A program made the position numbers and the translations under genes. A stretch of DNA of 63,735 bases, the filler included, from Octopus bimaculoides (lineage: Eukaryota), in the NCBI RefSeq assembly GCF_001194135.2. It is 9 parts of 9 records of this genome, joined end to end, with 100 filler letters (N's around TTAATTAATTAA, not from the genome) between each part and the next. Parts side by side here need not be neighbours in the genome. Positions count along the whole stretch, not along the records: positions 46,267 to 53,083 come from NC_068990.1; positions 53,184 to 57,880 come from NC_068985.1; positions 57,981 to 60,076 come from NC_068986.1; positions 60,177 to 61,243 come from NC_068993.1; positions 61,344 to 63,735 come from NW_026387701.1; 4 more parts are not named here. The stretch is one strand, 5' to 3'. The first letter of the stretch is position 1; the number at the start of each line of letters is the position of its first letter. Below, one piece after another: positions 52,221 through 63,735 of the stretch. The notes under the pieces were generated by a model, which had not been told where the DNA came from, did no database searches, and worked only from the letters and a program-made list of their open reading frames with translations.

Positions 52221-52740
52221 CTGATAGTCAGACAGATAGAGAGATGGATGTGGTAAAAGAGAGAGAGAAGGGCCATTGTATTGAAATGGTCTTTTTAAGG
52301 AGTGTCAAAAAAAAAGTTAAAAGCTTGTTTGCTACTTACTGTATTGTTTTGGGAGTGTTTCTAGGGATGGTAGAAGAAGGAAGAAAAGAAGAAAGGAAGA
52401 AGAAAGAAAAAATAGAGAATAATGAATAGAAAATATAAAGAAAACAAAAAATGTCTTCCTGTTTTTTCTTTTGCTTTTAGTTCTTTCATTTTATATTCTT
52501 TGTCCTTTGGTTTTATATACTTTGGGTCCTATTTAGAATATATTCCTGTCATACATTCATTTATTTATTTATTTTTTGTAAGGTGTAGTTCTGCATGAGA
52601 GTATATTAGTATAATCGTTGTAAATTTGAAAAATCGAATTAGTAAAATCAATTAGTAAAAATAACTCTATACATCATATCACAGATATGTACATATATAT
52701 ATGCATACAAAACGTATTCCTTGTTTTTCTTTTTCCTCTT

Positions 52741-53083
52741 TCAAACATTTGACTTTGGGGAAAATTTTTTTATGAGGAGTAGTTCCATTGCCTTTCGGTA
52801 TTGTGGATCGTCCCGTGTACATTTATAAAAAAGAAAGATTTTGAACTTTCCGTCTCCGCATATTTCCAGATGTTTACTTAATGGAATCATTCTTAGTTCT
52901 TCTTGTCGGATATGTTGCCTGTGAATTCTTGCACGTTGACAAAGTGAGTTATTCGTTTCGCCAATGTAATTTTCTTTACAGTTTGGACAGGTGATGCAGT
53001 ATGTGAGAACGGATCTATTTTAAAAATAAATGCAGATATGAACTGCAAAACACAAAATCTCACATACTGCATCACCTGTCCAA
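52741..53083 (-). pseudogene. Penelope-like GIY-YIG endonuclease fragment with fold-back junction
   Basis: Minus: LTYCITCPNCKENYIGETNNSLCQRARIHRQHI...PLSKHLEIC...RKAMELLLIKKFSPKSNV*. Plus strand 53011-53083 encodes the upstream GSILKINADMNCKTQNLTYCITCP. Confidence 0.88.
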
Positions 53084-54119
53084 NNNNNNNNNNNNNNNNN
53101 NNNNNNNNNNNNNNNNNNNNNNNNNNNTTAATTAATTAANNNNNNNNNNNNNNNNNNNNNNNNNNNNNNNNNNNNNNNNNNNNTATAATTATTACAAATT
53201 AACATACATATTTATATAGATATATACACTCATACATACATACATATATATATTTATGTATATATACACACATACATACATATATACATATACAAAAATA
53301 TAAATTTTAAAATGATCAAACGTCCTTCCTAAGCCATAGTCTCATATGGTTGGCTTTGGCTTCCTGGATTCTGTAATTTATATATTACCCACCTGGATAG
53401 GATGCTGGTCTGTTGCAGGTTTACTCATTTTTGTCAGCTGAGTGAACTGGAGTAACATGAAGTGAAGTGTTTTGTCTTGAAACCACAATCTTACAACCAT
53501 GAGTGCAGCACACTGACCACTAAGCTATGTGCCTCCACATAAACACAACACACATGTATGTACACGTTTGTGTGTGTGCATGTGTGTTTGTGTGTGTGCA
53601 TGTGTGTTTGTGTGTATGTCTGCGAGTGTTTTATAGAGTTTGTAAACAGAGATGCCTCCTGTTCTCGTTGTGTATTAAAAAACATACGGTCATCCTAACT
53701 ACATTACATATGTACATATTATTTGTTTTAAGATTTTACTGTTTGTACCTGAAGAAACTCATACAAACATCACTGCTATTTCAACACCAAATATTTTCTC
53801 TTCTCTTGTTTTAGTTGATTAATTGTATCAGCCTAACTACTTATTCTCACCAGCATGACTGCAGCCACTTGGCTGAAACACATAAATAAATAAATAAATA
53901 GTTGATTAAAGTTCTTGTTTGAAGCAAGCTTAAAAACCATCTGTTTGACTTCATCACTCACAAACTGTCGCCCGATATAATTTGCTAATCAACCATTTCT
54001 GCAATAACGAACCTACCAGCTACGGTAAATTGTTAGAGGACATCATGAACATTCTCAAGCAATTCATATTTAAAAATAGAGGGTGATGTATAGCTGAAAA
54101 TATCTGCATCAAATATATA

Positions 54120-54150
<31 letters not shown>

Positions 54151-55091
54151 GTGTGTGAGTCTGTGTGTGTGTGTATATATATATATCCTCTAAAGAAACT
54201 AGGCTATTGAATGACAGCAATGTTCAAATATGTAATGTTACCCCAACTACTTTCACTTGATAATTAACGAATCATAAGTATCACTACATTGTAGAAATAT
54301 TCTTCATTTTATTAGCACTTTCTCCTTCCTCAATTACCAAAACCAATTTAGGATAACAGTCTTCTATACGCAAGAAATAGGATTATTTTCCTTGTGATTC
54401 CTTAGGGCATATTTGGTCCATTTTCTGTAATTCTCATTTACTCCAGTTCAATATGTTTTCATCATAAAGTTAACAAGAAATAATAGGGATTATTTAAAGT
54501 AGCCCAAGGTATGCATTATTATTATTGTTATTTGTTCAGCCTCAAGTCACCTTGGTTTACACATACTTACAATCAAAAGTCTTCCAACTGTTACTATCCA
54601 CTTTTATTGGATGGTAACAGCTGGAACTACATCATCTAATGGAATTTCTATGTTGTAGTAGTTAGTATTGGTGGGCTACAGCCATTGTTTAACTCCAGGT
54701 AAGTCTTGAACCAGCAGACCTATGATCAAAGGTATTCCAGTTGTGACTATCCCATCTTTTATACCAGCGGTCACCAAACTTTTTTCATGGCGGGCCAGAT
54801 AACTGTGAAAATGATGAGCACAGGCCACATAACCATTTTGTTCAATACAATGCAGTGAATACACAAAAATAAAGACAACCTACATATTTATTTGCCAAAA
54901 AATTATCAAAGGCAACGTTAGCGATAAGATAGTTATATCACACCCAGTTCGCACATATCCGAATCTCACAAACTAAGCAGCAAAAAAGAGTTTAGTCAGA
55001 TTTGTGAAACTAGTGTTTAGCTTTTAAGATATAATCAATATTTGCTTTGGAATTGCTGCATCCTACCAAAGAATTGCTTTTAAATGTTCAT

Positions 55092-55330
55092 CAGGCGCAG
55101 GAGTGGCTGTGTGGTAAGTAGCTTGCTTACTAACCACATGGTTCCGGGTTCATTCCCACTGCGTGGCACCTTGGGCAAGTGTCTTCTACTATAGCCTCAG
55201 GCTGACCAAAGCCTTGTGAGTGGATTTGGTAGACGGAAACTGAAAGAAGCCCGTCGTATATATGTATATATATATATATGTATGTATGTATGTATGTGTG
55301 TGTGTGTATATATTTGTGTGTCTGTGTTTG
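55092..55330 (+). mobile_element. tRNA-derived SINE, little diverged
   Basis: GGCGCAGGAGTGGCTGTGTGGTAAGTAGCTTGCTTAC...GGTTCCGGGTTCA.TCCCACTGCGTGGCACCTTGGGCAAGTGTC...GAAAGAAGCCCGTCGTATA. Confidence 0.88.
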
Positions 55331-55614
55331 TCCCCCCCCCCCCNNNNNNNNNNNNNNNNNNNNNNNNNNNNNNNNNNNNNNNNNNNNNNNNNNNNNNNNN
55401 NCCGACATCGCTTGACAATCGATTCTGTATATTACCATATTTTGAAAAGTGTGTGTGTGTGTGTATGTATGAGAGAAAGAGAGGGAAATTGCCCTTCTGA
55501 CATGGAGATGTAATGCTTGTGTATGATGTGTGTTAGTTAATAAAGTGTGGTAGGTGGAATAAAGTAGTGTGGAGTTCATAAAGTGAAATGTCCACATTGA
55601 CTAGTCATTGCTGG

Positions 55615-55652
<38 letters not shown>

Positions 55653-56368
55653 GTGGTGGTGGTGGTGGTGGTGGTGGTGGTGGTAGCGGCAACAGCAGCA
55701 TTGGTGGGTGGCGGTTGTGTTGGCAACAGCAGAAAGAAAGATAGTTCCTATGACCTTTGTAGGCCTCCCAGACTGGTGGCATCATTGTGGTTAAAGTTCA
55801 AGAAATGCACAGACGACTCACTACTTCAGGTAAAATTCAGTCAACTGCAAAGGGCTTGTAGAGCAGCTGTGATTTTTCAGTTTTGGTCTCCTCTCTTATA
55901 TGCTGGTTTTATAGGTATTCTTGTAAACAGAAGTAGCGTGATGGATCTTGTTCTGTCATGTAATTAGTATCATCTGCTTTTCTAAGAGCAGAAGATAGCA
56001 GCAAAGAGAGACTTTAAATGTACTTTTGATGTGTCAGAATTGATTGTTGTTGATATTGTTTTTCTTCATCAGTTCTGATATAATACACCTGTTGCAAGTA
56101 GTTAGTTGATTGAGCAACTAGGTATGAAACAGAACTGTTGTCCCAATAATGCCATGTCTCTATCTAGATGAGGACCTAACTTTGGCATGCAGTCTTGATT
56201 TATATGCAGTGCATTGGGTCAGTTTGGACCTATTGTATTCTCACAACTGTCTAGTCTATTTCTGTATAGTCCCTTGATCTAATTAGCTGCCAAATCTTTT
56301 TCACATTTTACCTTGTCGTCTTCAAAACAGATTACATTTTCAAAAAAGATTACATCCATGTGTGTGCT

Positions 56369-56400
<32 letters not shown>

Positions 56401-56830
56401 CAAGGGAGAGAGAGAGCAACACACACACATAGTGATTATAAATTGTTTAAATTACTAAACTACGAACTCATGTGTTGTGAGTTCAGTTCTGCTGCTGATA
56501 TTTTGTGTTTCTATACAGAACACTTTATTCTACATTACATTACTTCAAGTGACATTGCTGTCAAAATGAATACCAGCTTGCTTTGGAATGTTCAATCTTA
56601 GAGTATTGTTCTTCAACACCGATCTTTCTAGAGTACTTTGTTCATGTCATTAAAATCTAGTTCAGATTACAGACTACATATAATAGCTGGTGGATGCCAC
56701 TGATCATTCCTGATTAAACTAGCCATGTGCCACAAAACCGACTCCATGTGGGCATCTTCTTCAGCTGCAGATTTGTCATGCACATGCACACAGATACACA
56801 TGCATACAGACATAACACACACACGTGCAT

Positions 56831-56870
<40 letters not shown>

Positions 56871-57353
56871 GTGTTGTGCTCTAGAAGCTCTATGATTAAA
56901 TCAACTTGAACCAGCTCATTTAATCAGAGCTAATATTCATATAAAAATAAAATGTGTTTGTCATCATCATCATTTTAACATCTACTTTTCCACGTTTGCA
57001 TGTGTCAGACAGAATTCACTGAGGCAATCTTCTTTGGCCAGATGCCCTTCCTGTCACCAACCCTCATCTGTTTTCAAGCTGGGAAATATTTCCCCCTCAC
57101 TAGACATGTTTTCAGGAAAGATGGGAAAGGAAACACTTTGCATATGTAACAGTGATACTTATTTATAACTAACCCTTGATGACAAAACCAGGAAAAGCAC
57201 ACACATAAATATATACATATATGACAGGCTTCTTTTAGTATCTGTCTACCAAATTCACTCTCAAGTCTTTGGTTGGCTCAGAGCTATAGTAGAATACACT
57301 TGCCTGGGGTGCTATGCAATGTAAGCCATGTTAGCATTGAAAACAGACATTAA

Positions 57354-57574
57354 CCCTTTAGTTTTCAGGTTACTCTGTCAAATGTGATACTTATTTTAAT
57401 CACACTATTTTCAATTAATCATGCATCATGTTGTAACTTTGAGATTTTAATTATGTCATTGCTTATTTTTAGAACAACATTGTAGGATAGGTGTAAGAGG
57501 CTGGATCTGGCTGATTTGGACATAAAACAGGTAGAATATCTGGGCTGGATATGGCTATTTTAAATGCCAAAGGG
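57354..57574. mobile_element. piggyBac-like MITE (221 bp)
   Basis: TTAA|CCCTTTAG ... GCCAAAGGG|TTAA. Confidence 0.8.
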
Positions 57575-57841
57575 TTAAATGAAATTAATGAACAATGAGC
57601 ACAAAGAAAACCTTTAACATTTACAATAAAGTTTGGTTTATCTTGTAAACAGATGAGGGACCAACTAAACTTCTTTCAATCTTGTTCAGCTGATCCCCAT
57701 CTTTCTCTCCACAAAAATATTCATATATACAGATGCTTACATCCATCTATTACAGTATTGTCTACAATCTGTAGATATATTCTGCAGTACAGCATAGCAT
57801 TGAAACAAAACACTGTTAATCAACCAGTAATAAATAAATAA

Positions 57842-57880
<39 letters not shown>

Positions 57881-57980
57881 NNNNNNNNNNNNNNNNNNNN
57901 NNNNNNNNNNNNNNNNNNNNNNNNTTAATTAATTAANNNNNNNNNNNNNNNNNNNNNNNNNNNNNNNNNNNNNNNNNNNN

Positions 57981-58032
<52 letters not shown>

Positions 58033-58039
58033 CATAGAA

Positions 58040-58800
58040 AGATAGAGAAGCAGATATAGATATGTTACACGAGCGTGGCTGTGTGGTAGGAAGCTTGCTT
58101 CCCAAATACAAGTGTCTTCTGCTATAGCCTCGGCTGCCCAAAGCTTTGTGAGAGGGTTTGGTAAACGGAAACTGAAAGAAGCCCGTCGTATATATATATG
58201 TGTTGTATGTATCTTTGTCCCCCTCCCCAACACTTGAAACCGGTGTTGTTGTGTTTACATTCCCGTAGCTTTTTGGTTCGGTTAAAGAGTCTAATAAAAT
58301 AAGCACCAAACTTCACAAAAGATAGTGTCCCAGCATGGCCGCAGTCTAATGATTGAAACCAGTAAACAATAAGAGATTAAGATGCATGAATGTCCTTTTC
58401 TACCCTCGGCACAAGGCCTGAAATTTTTGGGGAAGATTAGATCGACTCCAGTATGCAACTGGTACTTATTTAATCGTCCCCGAAAGGATGAAAGGTGGAA
58501 TTTGAACTCAGAACGTAAAGACAGACGAAATACCGGTAAGTATTTCGCCCGGTGTGCTAACATTTCTTATTTCTTTATTGCCCACAAGGGGCTAAACATA
58601 GAGGGGACAAACAAGGACAGACAAAGGGATTAAGTCGATTATACCTACCCCAGTGCGTAACTGGTACTTAATTTATCGACCCCGAAAGGATGAAAGGCAA
58701 GGTCAACCTCGGCGGAATTTGAACTCAGAACGTAGCGGCAGACGAAATACCGCTAAGCATTTCGTCCGGCGTGCTAACGTTTCTGCCAGCTTGCAAATGG
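58040..58800. mobile_element. Cluster of three SINE copies
   Basis: Plus-strand copy about 58070-58375; minus-strand copies about 58400-58560 and 58600-58800; all homologous to copies elsewhere in the window. Confidence 0.8.
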
Positions 58801-59387
58801 AGAAAATGAAGAGGACGCGGAAGAGAAGAGATGAGCTGAGGAGGAGGAGGAGGAAGGGGAGAGTGAAATGGGAGAGAAGTAGAACGACAGAGAGAGAGAT
58901 ATAGGCATATTTAAGAGGAAGAGAGATAGGGAGTTGTGTAAGAGGGAGANNNNNNNNNNNNNNNNNNNNNNNNNNNNNNNNNNNNNNNNNNNNNNNNNNN
59001 NNNNNNNNNNNNNNNNNNNNNNNNNNNNNNNNNNNNNNNNNNNNNNNNNNNNNNNNNNNNNNNNNNNNNNNNNNNNNNNNNNNNNNNNNNNNNNNNNNNN
59101 NNNNNNNNNNNNNNNNNNNNNNNNNNNNNNNNNNNNNNNNNNNNNNNNNNNNNNNNNNNNNNNNNNNNNNNNNNNNNNNNNNNNNNNNNNNNNNNNNNNN
59201 NNNNNNNNNNNNNNNNNNNNNNNNNNNNNNNNNNNNNNNNNNNNNNNNNNNNNNNNNNNNNNNNNNNNNNNNNNNNNNNNNNNNNNNNNNNNNNNNNNNN
59301 NNNNNNNNNNNNNNNNNNNNNNNNNNNNNNNNNNNNNNNNNNNNNNNNNNNNNNNNNNNNNNNNNNNNNNNNNNNNNNNNNNNNNNN

Positions 59388-59388
<1 letters not shown>

Positions 59389-59450
<62 letters not shown>

Positions 59451-59540
59451 AAGAGAGAGATAGAGAAATAGAGAGAAAGAGAGAGAGAGAAATGGAGAGA
59501 AAGAGAAAGAGAGAGAGGGAAAGAGAGAGAGAGAGAGAAT

Positions 59541-59590
<50 letters not shown>
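59389..59590. repeat. (AG)n-rich microsatellite
   Basis: Direct reading. Confidence 0.95.
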
Positions 59591-59922
59591 CATATACAAA
59601 CATATGTATGTACATATATATATACACATGCACTTATATATGTATACATATATATACATGTATGAATATGTGCGTTTATATATATATATATGTATATAAG
59701 TTTAGATATATCTGTATACATTGTGTATATATTCATATATATATACACACACACTGAAGCGCACAAATACACACATTGAGAGAAAAAAATGATATAAACA
59801 AATATATATACGTATATATATATACACACATATATATATATATACGAATATGTATGTGTGTGGTGAAGCAACTCATGCTAAGCCCTATATATTTATGATT
59901 ATGTGTGTATATATATATATAT

Positions 59923-60009
<87 letters not shown>

Positions 60010-60176
60010 AGTAGAAAGGAGACAGAGAGCGATAGAAACAGAGAAAGAGAGAAATTAGCTGGTGGGAAATATTTTTNNNNNNNNNNNNNNNNNNNNNNNN
60101 NNNNNNNNNNNNNNNNNNNNTTAATTAATTAANNNNNNNNNNNNNNNNNNNNNNNNNNNNNNNNNNNNNNNNNNNN

Positions 60177-60340
60177 TTGTAACTGTGTTTGTACCCCCAC
60201 CATCGTTTGGTAACCGATGTTGGTGTGTTTATGTTTCCGCAACTTAGCGGTTCGGCAAAAAGACCGATAGAATAAGTACTAGGCTTACAAAGAATAAGTT
60301 TTGGGGTCAATTTGTTCGACTAAAGGCGGTGCTCCAGCAT
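60177..60340 (-). mobile_element. SINE segment
   Basis: GGTGTGTTTATGT...CGGTTCGGCAAAAAGACCGATAGAATAAGTACTAGGCTTACAAAGAATAAG...GACTAAAGGCGGTGCTCCAGCAT; near-identical to 63570-63735. Confidence 0.8.
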
Positions 60341-60384
60341 CACATAGGTATATATGCATATGTTTTCATGTATAGTGTGCGTAT

Positions 60385-60428
<44 letters not shown>

Positions 60429-60575
60429 ATAGGTGCGTGTATGTGTGTATGTATATATACATTGCATTATCTATTGTATATGTGTATGTGTAAGTGTGAG
60501 TATATGTATATATCTATATATATACTAATAGGTATATATCAAGGACTCTCCATTTGAGATGCGTGAATGAACATA

Positions 60576-61030
60576 CAGGGTTTGGACAAAATAATGAAAA
60601 CACCTAGCTTCATAGTATCATAATTTTGAAATATCTATAAAACCGTCGAAAGCTTGTTTATTTTTATGCTTTTTGATTTATTATTAGTGTTGCTTAATAT
60701 GTTTTGCTAAAATTGCTGTTTCTTTTCAGGTATCATCAGAAAAAGGTAATTAAAATTCATTAAAATTGCAGATCTATCGGACTTTCAACGATGTCAAATT
60801 GTTGGTGCTCGTATGGCAGGCGTTAGCGTAACGAAAACATCCGAAATGTTTGGTGTATCAAGAAGTACTGTTTCGAAAGAAATGACAGCCTTTGAGAAAG
60901 AGGGAAAAACCTCCTCGTCGAAACAAAACTCCGGAAGAAAAGCAAAACTTTCAGATAGGGACCGTCGGACTCTTATGCGAATTGTTAGAAAGAATCACAA
61001 AAGTACAGCTCACAAAATTACTGCTCTGCA
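60576..61030 (+). mobile_element. Tc1-like element 5' end (TIR and transposase N-terminus)
   Basis: TA|CAGGGTTTGGACAAAATAATGAAAACACC. Translation ADLSDFQRCQIVGARMAGVSVTKTSEMFGVSRSTVSK...SGRKAKLSDRDRRTLMRIVRKNHK; truncated. Confidence 0.88.
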
Positions 61031-61343
61031 GTAATTTTGTGTTAGCTATCTCGGACGTACCTTTCATCATGCTGTCAACCACTTTCACCCGCTACACTGT
61101 CTGAGATATAAAAGTATCTCCGACCGTCAAGAGCCCAGACAATAAAGCGATGCTACAGAAATACATGAACGCAACATCCAGATAAATTCCTCTATTTACA
61201 TAATATCGAGGTCTCTTTCTTCCTTTTGTTGTCTTACCTTTTCNNNNNNNNNNNNNNNNNNNNNNNNNNNNNNNNNNNNNNNNNNNNTTAATTAATTAAN
61301 NNNNNNNNNNNNNNNNNNNNNNNNNNNNNNNNNNNNNNNNNNN

Positions 61344-63555
61344 TTCATTTATATAGAAAATCAAAAATAAAACCGCAGATGACAAAAAGAGAAACGAACA
61401 TGTAATCCAGCGAGAAAAGTATTGAAAATAACCGTTCACAGATAAACGTCCTCGGGCAAGCTGCGTGGCACGAATACTCACGCTCATACAAGCATCCGCA
61501 AAAATGTGAGCATACACACATGTGAGGTTTGGTGCACTCATCATCAAAAAGCGAGTTAGTTATTTACTTGGTGTTTATAAGAACGGGAAGGTTAAAAATA
61601 AACTTAAGTCACCCATACCTTAAAGTAAAGTAAATTAAATTAAGTTATTGGCTACTCAAAATTCATTCTCACTGCATTGTTCGAAAGTACATTTATATGC
61701 GTGTAGGCATCTCGATAGTCGTTCAGAAATTCTATTAATTATCTTCTTGTTAGTCCACAGAATAGACAGGGATTCCTCGGAGCAGAGACGACATCTCCTG
61801 GAAATTATATTGTATGGTTTTGCATACCTTACTATGAACCAATTAATGCTGTACTTTGTTTTATCTTCTTTGAGTCACCATACAAAATCTGCTAAAGATG
61901 TTAAATGTCTCTTATTGATTGTCTTAAAGCTGGCAACATGGTNNNNNNNNNNATACAAAATCTGCTAAAGATGTTAAATGTCTCTTATTGATTGTCTTAA
62001 AGCTGGCAACATGGTTACGATAGCTGGCAACATGGTTACGACAGCTGGCAACATGGTTATGATTCTTAAGTGAATCAGCCGCCTGCCCAATGTAAACATA
62101 GGGCCCTCCCTTTGTGTGCACGGTACATTTATATACAAAATTTGTACTCATACAGAGATTCATCAAAGGACATTTTGACTCATCTTTGCATGAGCATTTA
62201 TCGTATTTATTTGTATATAAGGCAGTCCTGACTCAATTAACCGGCGTTGTTACCGTGCTAGTTGTACCATGAGTATTTCTACTACTACAAAGTGGTCGTA
62301 GTTGCTGTTTGTCGATGCAGTTTACATCTCCTTGGTTGGTATTTAGATGCAAATACCCACGAGATCCAGTAGGTGGGTTATTGAACCTTTGCCGCATTTT
62401 GCTATTGTTTATGCGATACATAAGCTGCTGTAAATTAGCAGAGTTGGCGTAGGATACTTTCACAGTGTGTCGATTAAAAATAGCATGATACCAATTATAC
62501 TTAGGAAAACACTTGTCCAAAGCAACAAAAAATTTTCCAGCGATCTTGGTTGAAGCATGCAAACAGAAAATTGGGTCAAACCAGAGGACATCCTGATTCC
62601 TATATCTGTTGTTAGGTCTATTTGATCGAGTGTGTTGTACAGGATTGGAACAAGCAGTTAAATTATTATGTCGCATGAGTCTATTTGTTTTCGTTGGTAT
62701 TTCATTGATAAACCCAATTCTTTCTGGCCTGTATTCTTTATCTGAATGAGTTCTCAAACGGTAACGTTGTGGTGGCATACGAAGTGCATCGCAGTTGTAG
62801 GAATTACCAGCGTTGCTTATGCCTGCTTCTTGTATATATTGAATTTCAACACGGTACCCAGCCCTAGCTAGAGCATCATTGTAATAAGATGCATGTGATT
62901 CGAAAATTTTATTGTTAGCAGATAATCTAGAGATTCTAGTAGAAATATTCTTAACTAGTCTCCGTATAATCGAGGGTGGATGATTGGATGCAACGTTAAT
63001 GTACTTAATATGATCATTTGGCTTATGAAATGGTTCAAATAATTCAGTATCAAGACAGAAGGTAGCGTCAAGAAAATTCACTCTACGATAATCTTTACCT
63101 ATAGTAATGTTTAGTCCTAAATTTTTGAAGAGTCTAAAGAAAATTTTCTGATTCCTTTCTAACTGTACTTTACTACTTCTGTCTAGAAAAAGTAAGGCGT
63201 CATCCCTATATAGAGACCTTCTGTTACTTCCGAAAAGGAAGACTGGATTACTGAAAGGATATATACTCCGACTAGGTCACTGGCCTGAGCAGTATCATGT
63301 GAGCCCATTGCTATATTAAATGCATTTTCCCTGTCTAATCTACTCCGTAATCTACCATCAAAATTTAATGGAGTGGCACGCGTGGCAAGTATAATATCTA
63401 TTTCGCGTCGGGACAAATCAGAATTTTTAATGCTAAAAATCGGAGCTTGATTAAGAACGATCGGGTTGGTAGTGACATAGTAGCTCTCTATATCTAGTTG
63501 CAAGAATTTACTAGTCTTACTAATTTCTAGAAACTTGAACCACACAACCATCTCT
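61344..63555 (-). mobile_element. Penelope-like element of probable Naiad type: RT, linker, GIY-YIG and 3' UTR; 5'-truncated
   Basis: LDIESYY, AMGSHDTAQASDLVG, GLY/RDDAL (2-nt slip), VNFLDAT, FHKPND..YIN..SNHPPSI, CSCKDESKCPLMNLC, VYKCTV..YVYIG, RNHVASF, CRLCSEE, RCLH. The clade assignment rests on recalled motifs. Confidence 0.88.
61497..61553 (-). promoter_or_regulatory. SECIS-like hairpin, one mismatch in the 3' GA quartet
   Basis: CGCUUUUUG AUGA UGAGUGCACC AAA CCUCACAUGUGU GUAUGCUC ACAU UUUUGCG: AUGA, helix of about 9 bp, apical AAA. The 3' side reads ACAU instead of NGAN. Confidence 0.35.
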
Positions 63556-63569
63556 TGAGTATCAGACCA

Positions 63570-63735
63570 GACAACCGACGTTGGTGTATTTATGTCCCCG
63601 TAATCTAGCTGTTCGGCAACAGAGACCGATAGTATAAGTCCTAGGCTTACAAAGAATAAGTTCTGGAGATGATTTATTCGATGACTAAAGGCGGTGCTCC
63701 AGCATCACCGCAGTCAAATGACTGAACCTAGTAAA
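63570..63735 (-). mobile_element. SINE segment at the 5' break of the PLE
   Basis: Homologous to 60177-60340 and 11750-11940. Confidence 0.8.

Noticed and set aside
53011-53025. GGATCTATTTTAAAA identical to the start of the Merlin-like TIR at 13085
   Set aside because: Here it reads in frame as GSILK of the GIY-YIG upstream region, with no partner TIR or TSD; probably coincidence.
54765-54850. CAGCGGTCACCAAACTTTT, hAT-like terminus
   Set aside because: No matching second TIR or 8-bp TSD found.
55600-56340. Non-repetitive, coding-looking stretch; possible host exon
   Set aside because: Multiple stops in every minus-strand frame. The plus-strand ORF is largely microsatellite-derived. No recognisable domain or splice context.
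105-60557. Numerous long ORFs rich in CV/HT/MY/ER/SL/YI or X
   Set aside because: Translations of di- and tetranucleotide microsatellites and N runs; no coding signal.
26564-61299. Eight TTAATTAATTAA motifs
   Set aside because: Always centred in N runs totalling 100 bp, with stops in all six frames. This is an assembly spacer, not biology. Distance and orientation across these joins are uncertain.
61880-61995. Exact duplication of about 60 bp in the PLE endonuclease
   Set aside because: Flanks a 10-N gap; contig-overlap artefact.

Overview
AT-rich, gap-ridden animal genomic window with no supportable host protein-coding gene. It is made almost entirely of microsatellites and transposon remnants. 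The abundant tRNA-derived SINEs and the microsatellite density point to an octopod cephalopod (inference; no search was run). Recognisable elements: four Penelope-like (PLE) GIY-YIG or RT remnants, all on the minus strand; RTE, R4/Dong-like and L1/Tx1 LINE fragments; Tc1 and mariner elements; a Gypsy gag fragment and a solo LTR; and piggyBac-like and Merlin-like MITEs. Most ORFs in the supplied track are microsatellite or N-run artefacts. Two candidates stand out. (1) A Naiad-like PLE at 61.3-63.6 kb whose frame downstream of the RT active site is interrupted only by two in-frame TGA codons and is followed by a SECIS-like hairpin, so it may be a selenoprotein-encoding retroelement. (2) An intact minimal type I hammerhead ribozyme at 46911-46968, enclosed in 95-bp inverted repeats with TTAA|GG termini. 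Coordinates were read by eye; diffuse element boundaries are approximate.
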